Source of the DNA: Nitrospirota bacterium
GTDB taxonomy: Bacteria > Nitrospirota > Thermodesulfovibrionia > Thermodesulfovibrionales > UBA9159
Assembly (NCBI GenBank): GCA_963699545.1
Contig: CAVOUE010000010.1
Span: 129,447-193,446, forward strand
Reading direction: 5' to 3'
DNA length: 64,000 bases
The position numbers were made by a program, and so were the translations under genes. This document shows positions 53,121 through 64,000 of this stretch, piece by piece (positions within the stretch are counted from its first letter, which is position 1; the number at the start of each line of letters is the position of its first letter). The notes beneath the pieces were generated by a model. It ran no database searches, was not told where the DNA came from, and was given only the letters and a program-made list of their open reading frames with translations.

Positions 53121-54209
53121 TCAGTAAATATCGTCCGCCGTGCCTACCTTCCCATCCGGCCCGGCACTGAGAATAATCATGTTTCCATTCCCGACACTGT
53201 AAGCATACAGGTTCCCCCACGCGTCCCGGGCGTCGCCGATCTCGACGAGGTTTGCCGGATACGAGCCGTTCTTGAACTTGTATGCTTCTGCCATGAATCT
53301 CAGCCCATCCATATTCTTTAACGTTACCGTTCGTTTCAGGGAATCGCCATGCCAGAAAGCGGTGATCCCCTTGTGAGACCACGTCTCCTGAAAACTGGCA
53401 GCGATCACCGAGAACACAATGGCCACTATGAGAACAACGGGATAGAGGAACCTTGCAAATGCCCACTCCCTCGCCTCCTGCGATACCGAAACCGGTTCGG
53501 CCACCACAGCGGAGACAGTGACCGGCTCAATAATATCCCGTTCCATAAGGGAGACAAGGACTTTGGACGCTTCAAAATCATCCACACCGCTGAGGTCGAC
53601 GATGATACTGACGTCGTTCTCCCCGTCCACGAATTTCAGAAGACGTTCCTCCGCATCGGTCGGGGAAGCCTCAGTCTTGCCGGTCTTTGCAAATACGGTA
53701 TCGAGCGTTATCTTCCCTCCAACAAAAGACCATTCATCAAGCACGCGCAGACCCTCCATGAGGAGATGCTGCGTGTCAAGGGTCACAGGGATATCCTGAC
53801 TGAGAGCAACCTGTTGTGCCTGAAACTCATAGGTCCCTTCCTTCCATGAAAACAGCTGGACCACGGTCTCGGTCATCTGGGAAACCAGCGTATCGCGAAT
53901 ATCCTCTTTCTTCACAAGTCCGTTCTTAAGAAAGATATCTCCCAACCTCCCACCGGTCGTTTTTTGTTCCTCAAGGCTGGCCTTCAGGTCCTCTTCCCTG
54001 ATGACACCCTTCTTGAGGAGTATTTTGCCAAACCTGTTCTCCTCAACCCTCTTCCGTGACTCTGCTGATACCACATTTCCTTCATAGAACATGAGACGGA
54101 CCCTGTCCATTTCACCGCTGAGCGCGAGAATGCCCGTTTTCTTCTGGAAGTAGATCAGCTGCAGAATGTCAGCAAGGCCAAAATCTCTGAGAGAGCCTTC
54201 TAAAGCCAT
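53121..54209 (-). CDS. DUF4388 protein with MshEN-like motifs, TM and GspG-like C-terminal domain
   Basis: ALEGSLRDFGLADILQLI; RFGKILL..G/RLGDIFL..G repeats; DAWGNLYAY..SAGPDGKVGTADDI. Confidence 0.85.
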   Translation of the reverse strand: MALEGSLRDFGLADILQLIYFQKKTGILALSGEMDRVRLMFYEGNVVSAESRKRVEENRFGKILLKKGVIREEDLKASLEEQKTTGGRLGDIFLKNGLVKKEDIRDTLVSQMTETVVQLFSWKEGTYEFQAQQVALSQDIPVTLDTQHLLMEGLRVLDEWSFVGGKITLDTVFAKTGKTEASPTDAEERLLKFVDGENDVSIIVDLSGVDDFEASKVLVSLMERDIIEPVTVSAVVAEPVSVSQEAREWAFARFLYPVVLIVAIVFSVIAASFQETWSHKGITAFWHGDSLKRTVTLKNMDGLRFMAEAYKFKNGSYPANLVEIGDARDAWGNLYAYSVGNGNMIILSAGPDGKVGTADDIY

Positions 54210-55906
54210 CCTTTCCGTATCCTCCTCTTGATGTGCAGGACAGCCCCGATATAAGACACCATCATGACTATCGCCATGAGCGGAGTCATCCAGCCGTGCC
54301 TGAAGGGAAAAACTCCCCACTCGGGGAACAGCCAGTTTATGAGAAGCAGTATGAGACAAAGAAGGAATACCCAGAGGAAAAGAAATCCTGCGAGTATCTT
54401 CCCTGCAAAGATCTGGCCGCCCCCGGGTATCATATAGGAAATAAGCTTTGCGGTATTCCTCCGTCTGCTCTGGCTCTGGTAAATGGAAAGCAAGCGTGCC
54501 ACCCTTTCCCGGGAATCCATCTCGTCGATCTTAATGAGAGAGCTGAAACAGCGGGAACACATCTCGCCCCATGCCACAGTCCGCGAGCACCTGGAGCAGA
54601 AGACCGCGCCGCAGCGTTTACATCTCTGCGCACGGTATTTCAACGTTCTGGCCAATACGTAGAACCCCGGTATCATTGCAAGGGCAAGGAAAAGAACCGG
54701 CATGTCAAAACCTGAAAGGGAAATGCCCCCGCTCTCCATCGCGTACCCCCATAGTGCGGAGAAGGGAAGGGTCTCGTCCACCATGAAGCGGTTCGGACCA
54801 ATGCCTGTGACAGAGATGAATCTCGTCACCGCCTCAGGACTAAGTTTTGCAGCCCCCTGAAAATACTCGTCCCCTTTCGTAAAATCAAGCCTCACCCGGT
54901 AAAGCTGACTGAGATTGTAATACGCTGAAGGGAGCGGAGCGATTCCGATGGACTTCTGGTAGGCCTCTCCTGCTGCATCCATGTCCGCGATGCCATAGTA
55001 CGCATTGCCGAGATTTATTAATACCCGAGGGTCCGGCCTCGACATACGCCCGGCAAGGTCCTTGTATACTTCAATCGCCTCCTGATAACGCCCTTCCCTT
55101 TTAAGGGCCAGGGCATAGGAAAACGCTGAAGGGAAGTCGTCCCTCCCCTTGAGGGACCACAGTGCATAACGGTTGTCCTTCCTCTCATTGACCGCCACAA
55201 CGGCTTTAAGGGAAGAGGGCGAAAACAAGAAGGGAGAGAGCTCCCTCATAAGGAAAAGAGAGGCGGCAAAAAACAGGAATGATGCATATACGAGCGCCTT
55301 GTTCTCTTTCTTGAAGTATAATCCGACCAGAAAGAACACACCCGCGGCAAGGGCAACAGGACCAAGGAGCGCCAGACCGAGTGGAATGAGGAGGAGAAGC
55401 AATCGCTTCTTCTCCTCCGAGCCCTCGTGGACAATGAGCCCTCCGTCCATGGGACTTCGTATGATAAGGACCACGAGAAGGGAAAGAAAGAAGGAGAGGG
55501 AAAAGCTCACAGCGGTCAACCCCGCCAGGCTGAAAGCCCACCAGAAGTTCCTCCCATACGCCCGTATCCCCTCCCTGAAATAGTCAAGCCCTTGCAGTAT
55601 CCCGTTTGGCGAGGGACTGAATCCTTCTTTCGCCATTTCAAAATACACTGCCGGGAGGTCAGGGGAGTAGCGCCTCGCCTTCTCAATCAGCTCCCTCGCC
55701 TGAGCCCTGTTCTGGTGCGCCAGCGTAATGAGGAGATACGAATACGGTTCAGTAGTGGAAAGGCCCTCATCCAGTCTCGATTCATAGAGTTCCTCACCTG
55801 CATGACAGGGAGCAACGCCGCACATGAACGGCATGACGGTGAAGGACAGAAAGGCTATTAGAGCCGTCCCGAGAATGAACGTATGATTCCGGAGATTTTG
55901 CATCAT
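54200..55906 (-). CDS. TPR-containing membrane protein with Cys cluster
   Basis: TPRs (LINLGNAYY, AYYNLSQLY), CKRCG..CSRC..CSRC, PGGGQI membrane motif. Confidence 0.8.
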   Translation of the reverse strand: MMQNLRNHTFILGTALIAFLSFTVMPFMCGVAPCHAGEELYESRLDEGLSTTEPYSYLLITLAHQNRAQARELIEKARRYSPDLPAVYFEMAKEGFSPSPNGILQGLDYFREGIRAYGRNFWWAFSLAGLTAVSFSLSFFLSLLVVLIIRSPMDGGLIVHEGSEEKKRLLLLLIPLGLALLGPVALAAGVFFLVGLYFKKENKALVYASFLFFAASLFLMRELSPFLFSPSSLKAVVAVNERKDNRYALWSLKGRDDFPSAFSYALALKREGRYQEAIEVYKDLAGRMSRPDPRVLINLGNAYYGIADMDAAGEAYQKSIGIAPLPSAYYNLSQLYRVRLDFTKGDEYFQGAAKLSPEAVTRFISVTGIGPNRFMVDETLPFSALWGYAMESGGISLSGFDMPVLFLALAMIPGFYVLARTLKYRAQRCKRCGAVFCSRCSRTVAWGEMCSRCFSSLIKIDEMDSRERVARLLSIYQSQSRRRNTAKLISYMIPGGGQIFAGKILAGFLFLWVFLLCLILLLINWLFPEWGVFPFRHGWMTPLMAIVMMVSYIGAVLHIKRRIRKGWL

Positions 55907-56496
55907 GCCCTCTTGCCTGTTTTAGGTTCCGTGCCCTGTATCAACCTCTTTATATTATCAACATGCCGCAGCATTAGCAAGGCGCTCATCATCAGGGAGA
56001 TCATCAGCCTTTCCCTTGCATAGTCCACCCAATAGACGGTAAGGGGGAGCACCCCAAAGGAGACGATGGCCCCGAGGGAAGAATATCGCGTGAAAACGAT
56101 TACCGCCAGCCATATGACCACGGTCACCAGTGCTGCCTTCGGTGAAAAGACGAGAAGCACCCCTATGCTGGTAGCAACCCCTTTGCCGCCCCTGAACCTG
56201 AGGAACACGGAAAAGTTGTGCCCCAATATTGCGGACAGGCCTATGATTCCTTCCAGGGTGAGATCATTCAGGAGGTACCTGCCCACCGCGACCGGGATCA
56301 CGCCTTTCAGCATGTCACCGGCCAGCGTAAGAAGCGCCGGCCATTTCCCTGTGGTCCGCAACACATTTGTCGCCCCGATATTCCCGCTGCCCACTTTTTT
56401 CAGATCGACCCCTTTCACTCTCGCTGCAAGCACACCGCAGGGGATTGAACCCATGAGAAAAGAACCGATGATGAGAAGAAGCAGCTGCAGCTTCAT
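55903..56496 (-). CDS. plsY: glycerol-3-phosphate acyltransferase
   Basis: GSGNIGATN, GH..FRGGKGVAT, RHVDNIKRL. Confidence 0.95.
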   Translation of the reverse strand: MKLQLLLLIIGSFLMGSIPCGVLAARVKGVDLKKVGSGNIGATNVLRTTGKWPALLTLAGDMLKGVIPVAVGRYLLNDLTLEGIIGLSAILGHNFSVFLRFRGGKGVATSIGVLLVFSPKAALVTVVIWLAVIVFTRYSSLGAIVSFGVLPLTVYWVDYARERLMISLMMSALLMLRHVDNIKRLIQGTEPKTGKRA

Positions 56497-57017
56497 ACCC
56501 TTTTCCAGAAAGAGACCGTATACTGAACCCCTGATATGATGGACAGGATCAGCGCTATCCATATGAACACAATCCCCACATCATAGAGATCGATACCGAA
56601 AATATTCATACTGATAATAAGGCAGAGGATAGCGGTTATCTGCGAGAATGTCTTCAGCTTTCCTCCCATCTCGGCGGGGATGATGATATCCTTTGATAGG
56701 GCGACTGCCCTGAGCCCGGTGACGAGGAATTCCCTGACAATGATCACAATGGCGATCCACGCTGAGAGCCGCGCCATGTCCACAAGCAGAATGAGGGCCG
56801 ATACGACAAGGAACTTGTCCGCTATGGGATCAAGGATGATCCCGAACTTTGTGATCTGTCCGGTCTTCCGTGCAAGGTAGCCATCAAGAAAATCGGTGAC
56901 CGACGCGACACCAAAAATGAGGGCCCCGAGGAACGGCCTGTCCGGAGCAATAAGAACAAAAAAGGGGATGAGGACGATCCTGCTGAGGGTGATTATGGTC
57001 GGCAGATTAAGTCTCAA
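56493..57017 (-). CDS. pgsA: CDP-diacylglycerol--glycerol-3-phosphate 3-phosphatidyltransferase
   Basis: TDFLDGYLAR..GIILDPIADK. Confidence 0.95.
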   Translation of the reverse strand: MRLNLPTIITLSRIVLIPFFVLIAPDRPFLGALIFGVASVTDFLDGYLARKTGQITKFGIILDPIADKFLVVSALILLVDMARLSAWIAIVIIVREFLVTGLRAVALSKDIIIPAEMGGKLKTFSQITAILCLIISMNIFGIDLYDVGIVFIWIALILSIISGVQYTVSFWKRV

Positions 57018-57546
57018 AATACTCTCGCGTCACGGTTCCCCAGAGTCCCTTTGCCATAAGGAGAAGATCACATATCTCCCTTACCGCGCCCCTGCCGCCT
57101 CCGCTCTTCGTCACCATCGCAGCAAAATTCTTTGCTTCATCCGTAGCGTCATTCACCGCGATGGGCATCCCTACTCTTCTGAAGATCGGAATATCCACGA
57201 TATCATCCCCCACATATGCCACTTCGTTTTCCGTAAGTCCATATTTCCCGACGATGTGTTCAAGGGCTACGGTCTTGATATGACATCTCTGGTAAACCTC
57301 GGTGATGCCCAGTTCCTGGGCTCGCCGTTCCACCACCTTTGAGTGCCTTCCTGTAATGATCGCAACCCGGACCCCCGCACTGACGAGCATCTTTATGCCG
57401 TGCCCGTCCCTCACGTTGAATGCCTTGAGTTCGTTCCCGTCGTTGTCCAGGATGATCCTTCCATCAGTGAGGACTCCGTCAACATCGAGGATCAGGAGTT
57501 GTATCCCCTTTGCGATTTCCTGCAGTTCTTTTTCTGTCTTCTTCAA
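57007..57546 (-). CDS. kdsC: KDO-8-phosphate phosphatase
   Basis: DVDGVLTDG, FNVRDG, ITGR, GDD..D, GGRGAVRE. Confidence 0.94.
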   Translation of the reverse strand: MKKTEKELQEIAKGIQLLILDVDGVLTDGRIILDNDGNELKAFNVRDGHGIKMLVSAGVRVAIITGRHSKVVERRAQELGITEVYQRCHIKTVALEHIVGKYGLTENEVAYVGDDIVDIPIFRRVGMPIAVNDATDEAKNFAAMVTKSGGGRGAVREICDLLLMAKGLWGTVTREYFET

Positions 57547-58512
57547 TTAAACGATCCCCTGCTTCAGGATGTCATGGAGATGGATTACGCCCTTTGCCTT
57601 CCCTTCATCATCAGGGACCACCAGGGCAGTGATGGAATACTCTTCCATTATGGATAAGGCCTTTGCCGCAAGCTCATCCTCCGGGATCGTTCTGGGGTTT
57701 CGCGTCATCACCTCTCCGGCCTTCATATCGAAGACCGCCTTCCCCCACTTCTCTATCCCCCGCCTCAGGTCACCGTCCGTAACAACACCAAGGACCCTCC
57801 TGTCGGAATCCGCGACGACCGTCACTCCCAGCCTTTTTGATGATATCTCCATGACCGCCTTTATCATCGGCGTCTCCTGCGATACCACAGGAAGGGCGCC
57901 CCCTGAATGCATGAGATCCTTAACCTTTATAAAGAGCTTCTTCCCCAAACTCCCTCCCGGATGGAAAAAGGCAAAATCCTCCTCCTTATACCCCCTCTTC
58001 ATCAACAGCGCCACCGCAAGGGCGTCGCCCATAGCCATGGTAGCAGTGGTGGACGCCGTAGGGACGACGCCGAGGGGACACGCCTCCTCTTTCACGGAGA
58101 TGTCAAGATTCACGTCGGCGACCCGTGAAAGGGTTGAGCGTGGGTTACCGGTCATGGAGATCAAGCCCACATTAAACCTTTTCAGGAAGGGGATCAGACC
58201 TACCAGTTCATCGGTCTCACCGCTGTTGGATATGGCAACGACCACATCATCCGACGTGACCATGCCCAGGTCCCCGTGGATTGCTTCCGCCGGGTGCAAA
58301 AAGAAGGCCGGGGTTCCTGTGGATGCCAGAGTCGCCGCTATCTTCTTCCCCACAAGGCCTGACTTTCCCATGCCGGAGACAACAACCCTTCCTTTGCTTC
58401 CGAAAATGATCTCCACCGCTTTTTCGAAAGCGCTGTCGAGCCTTCCGGTAAGGGCGAGAACAGCCTCCGCCTCTGTCCTCAGGACTTTTCTTGCAATATC
58501 AAGTATATCCAC
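57547..58512 (-). CDS. kdsD: arabinose-5-phosphate isomerase
   Basis: GMGKSG, HPAEAIHGDLG, HPGGSLG, CBS pair. Confidence 0.95.
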   Translation of the reverse strand: MDILDIARKVLRTEAEAVLALTGRLDSAFEKAVEIIFGSKGRVVVSGMGKSGLVGKKIAATLASTGTPAFFLHPAEAIHGDLGMVTSDDVVVAISNSGETDELVGLIPFLKRFNVGLISMTGNPRSTLSRVADVNLDISVKEEACPLGVVPTASTTATMAMGDALAVALLMKRGYKEEDFAFFHPGGSLGKKLFIKVKDLMHSGGALPVVSQETPMIKAVMEISSKRLGVTVVADSDRRVLGVVTDGDLRRGIEKWGKAVFDMKAGEVMTRNPRTIPEDELAAKALSIMEEYSITALVVPDDEGKAKGVIHLHDILKQGIV

Positions 58513-58526
58513 GGCTCATCACCCTC

Positions 58527-59003
58527 TCATTCAAACTGGCACCGAAGCCATCCCGGAGGAATTCCTTTTCGATGCGCTTCATCCCCCAGTTCGGCGAGAT
58601 CCTTCTCGGAGTTTCTCAGATGTTTCCTCACCTGACCGAGTTTTTTCTCCAGACCCGCTTTCTTCTTACCCGTTGTGTCCTTCAGATCTTCCAGTGCCTT
58701 TTCCAGATCCTGAACATCCTCCTGATCTTTCTCGATCCTCTTTCGACGAACACTCGCCTTCCTGCACCAGGATTCTGCCTCTTTCTGTTTCTGCAACCGG
58801 GCAGCAGCCTCTTTCTTTGTTCCGGTCCCGACAGGGTTTGGCATTGAACTCCCTCCGTCGGACGCTTCCCTGTATTGCTCAATGTCGTGGTTTGTGAAAT
58901 GCGGTACTTCCTGAGCAGCACTGATCTTCCCGACGGGGAGGCCGGCAAACAACCATCCGGAGACACTGAGCACAAACGCAAGAGACTTGAGCACACTTTT
59001 CAA
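58527..59003 (-). CDS. exported coiled-coil hypothetical protein
   Basis: Signal peptide, FTNHDIEQY, coiled coil, GIPPGWLRC. Confidence 0.7.
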   Translation of the reverse strand: MKSVLKSLAFVLSVSGWLFAGLPVGKISAAQEVPHFTNHDIEQYREASDGGSSMPNPVGTGTKKEAAARLQKQKEAESWCRKASVRRKRIEKDQEDVQDLEKALEDLKDTTGKKKAGLEKKLGQVRKHLRNSEKDLAELGDEAHRKGIPPGWLRCQFE

Positions 59004-59031
59004 CTGTTACTCCCGACACGGTTCATTCGTC

Positions 59032-62278
<3,247 letters not shown>

Positions 62279-62412
62279 TTGCGTACATTATATATGATTG
62301 TGCTCAAATTTTACATCCCTATTTACCTTTCCTGATTTAATCTGACATAATGTGGTTGCGAAGAACATGATCGGCAAGAGATCAAATCCGATTTAAGGAA
62401 AGATGAACCTTC

Positions 62413-63081
62413 TTGGACATTCCGGGCATGATACAACAGCTGGCTCTCTCCGCACTTCCCGTGCTGATCGCCATCACTTTTCACGAAGTATCCCATGGAT
62501 TTATCGCGAACAGGCTGGGTGACCCCACCGCCATGATGATGGGCAGACTCACCCTGAACCCGCTCGCGCACATTGATCCTTTCGGTACGATACTGATGCC
62601 CCTCATGCTCCTTGTTTTCACCAACGGACAGTTTGTCTTCGGATATGCAAAACCGGTCCCCATCAACCCTATGAACTTCAAGAACCCGAAACGCGATATG
62701 GCGCTTTCGGCCGCAGGGGGGCCGGTCACCAACGTCCTTCTCGCCATCCTGAGTATGCTTGTGCTGAAATTCGTCCTCATGCCATCTGCTGCCTTCTTCC
62801 CAGAGAACATTGCGGAAAAGGTCCTGGTACCCGGAGGCATGATGCTCAAATCCAGTGTAATAATTAACGTCGTGCTGGCGTCATTTAATCTCATCCCTAT
62901 TCCGCCCCTCGATGGTGGACGGATCCTTGTCGGACTGCTGCCCCACAAACAGGCCATGACCTTCAGCAGGATAGAACCCTTTGGCTTCTTGATCGTCATC
63001 TTGCTCATCGTCACAGGCATAGCAAATTACTTTGTCATGCCCCTGGTAGGTCTCTTCCTCAGTTTACTAAGCTTATTGTAG
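62413..63081 (+). CDS. site-2 protease (M50)
   Basis: HEVSH, RLTLNPL, FNLIPIPPLDG. Confidence 0.93.
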   Translation: MDIPGMIQQLALSALPVLIAITFHEVSHGFIANRLGDPTAMMMGRLTLNPLAHIDPFGTILMPLMLLVFTNGQFVFGYAKPVPINPMNFKNPKRDMALSAAGGPVTNVLLAILSMLVLKFVLMPSAAFFPENIAEKVLVPGGMMLKSSVIINVVLASFNLIPIPPLDGGRILVGLLPHKQAMTFSRIEPFGFLIVILLIVTGIANYFVMPLVGLFLSLLSLL

Positions 63082-63104
63082 ATGCGTTACTCGCATGTCC
63101 TTTC

Positions 63105-63133
63105 TTGACAGACTGTCAGCGATGCATTAATAA
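63105..63133 (+). promoter_or_regulatory. trpS promoter TTGACA-N17-TAATAA
   Basis: Consensus -35, overlapped by the palindrome TGACAG-A-CTGTCA. Confidence 0.5.
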
Positions 63134-63168
63134 TAAAAGACATTTTCCATTCGGCTTCGGGAGGTAAT

Positions 63169-63500
63169 GTGGACAGGGTTTTGAGCGGAATGCAGGCCAG
63201 CGGTAAGCTACACATAGGGAACCTTGTGGGAGCTCTCCAGAACTGGGTCCGTCTGCAGGACCAGTATGACTGTTTCTATTTTGTTGCTGACTGGCATGCC
63301 CTCACCACGGGCTACGCGCAGCCTGAGGCGATAAAGGACTCTACACGGGATATCATCCTGAACTTCCTCGCAGCAGGTCTTGACCCTGACAAATGCACCA
63401 TTTTCATTCAGTCAAGGATTCCCGAGCACGCCGAGCTCCACCTTCTCCTTTCGATGATAACCCCCCTTGGGTGGCTTGAGCGTGTTCCGACGTACAAAGA
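63169..63500 (+). CDS. trpS: tryptophan--tRNA ligase, 5' portion only
   Basis: SGMQASGKLHIGN, ADWHALT, FIQS, GWLERVPTYKE; recognisable TrpRS sequence stops abruptly. Confidence 0.93.
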
Positions 63501-64000
63501 AATAGGTGCGCTCGATCTCCGCCAACGCGCGCGGCTCGCACACACCCTCGTGGCAGGCGCCGTGCTCCTTGTCCAGACGCCAACGCAGCGGCTGCGTATC
63601 CGTCCAGCGCCGCCGGCAGGCGCAGCATGAGCTGCAGCGGCCGCTCCCGAGGCCCGCGCTTGCCCGGCGCGGGCGGCACGCTTTCGGCCCAGATCCTCGC
63701 GCGGTCGACGTGCAGCATCGCGCGCCTGCTCATCGGTCGCTGCGGGCACGTGCATGGCGGCGAGCGGGCGCGCGGCGTCTGGTGTGTAACCTGGTGCCGT
63801 CCCCGCCCCAGATGTCGCATGGTCTGCAGACCCGGCTCGATGCCGTACAGGTGCGCGAGCGCTTCTACATCAGCCACGCGGTACCTTCAGATCGGGCTCG
63901 CCAGCGTCCACACTACCGCCCAGGCCGGCGGCGCGCTGCCGGTGAGGGCGTTGCCGAGTTCGCTGCTGGCGTACAGGAGTCGGCCGGCCGGCAGGTCTGG
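63501..64000. other. unrelated high-GC sequence joined inside trpS
   Basis: Abrupt rise in GC and CpG; expected GFLGYP..AADIL and KMSKS motifs absent. Confidence 0.75.

Noticed and set aside
57569-58897. 442-aa + strand ORF
   Set aside because: Antisense shadow of kdsD and its neighbour; Ser/Thr/Pro-rich composition typical of the reverse frame.

Overview
Bacterial chromosomal segment, visibly mid-to-high GC. Gene content suggests an anaerobic Gram-negative of the Nitrospirota (Thermodesulfovibrionia)/Desulfobacterota type; this is inference only. The backbone is housekeeping: tyrS, cobA-hemD, dgt, glgP, ogt, comM, purF, ctpA-envC-ftsEX, split transketolase, queC, plsY-pgsA-kdsCD-kdsA-pyrG-kdsB, trpS. 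About 20 genes, including essential ones, are broken by small indels, most likely long-read consensus errors rather than pseudogenes. Accessory features: (1) a ~7.3 kb AT-rich island between tRNA-Glu and a 45-bp repeat of its 3' half, carrying a probable integrase C-terminal remnant, integron-like attC cassettes and a glycan-modification cluster that includes carboxy-SAM synthase cmoA; (2) a LemA/Zn-ribbon-HEAT/LemA/GIDE-HEAT membrane operon with a hidden 34-aa membrane ORF; (3) an ArsR regulator with an unannotated 55-aa triple-Cys-Cys microprotein; (4) a DsrE-TusA-DUF302-FadL-YeeE-YeeE sulfur-trafficking cluster; (5) a Cys-tailed ECF sigma module; (6) a Rossmann-GAF-HK-REC-REC-GGDEF protein with an HD-GYP partner. 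Also seen: many leaderless promoters, heptamer-repeat insertions inside conserved enzymes, and an abrupt switch to unrelated high-GC DNA inside trpS at ~63,500. All family assignments come from motif recognition, not database searches.
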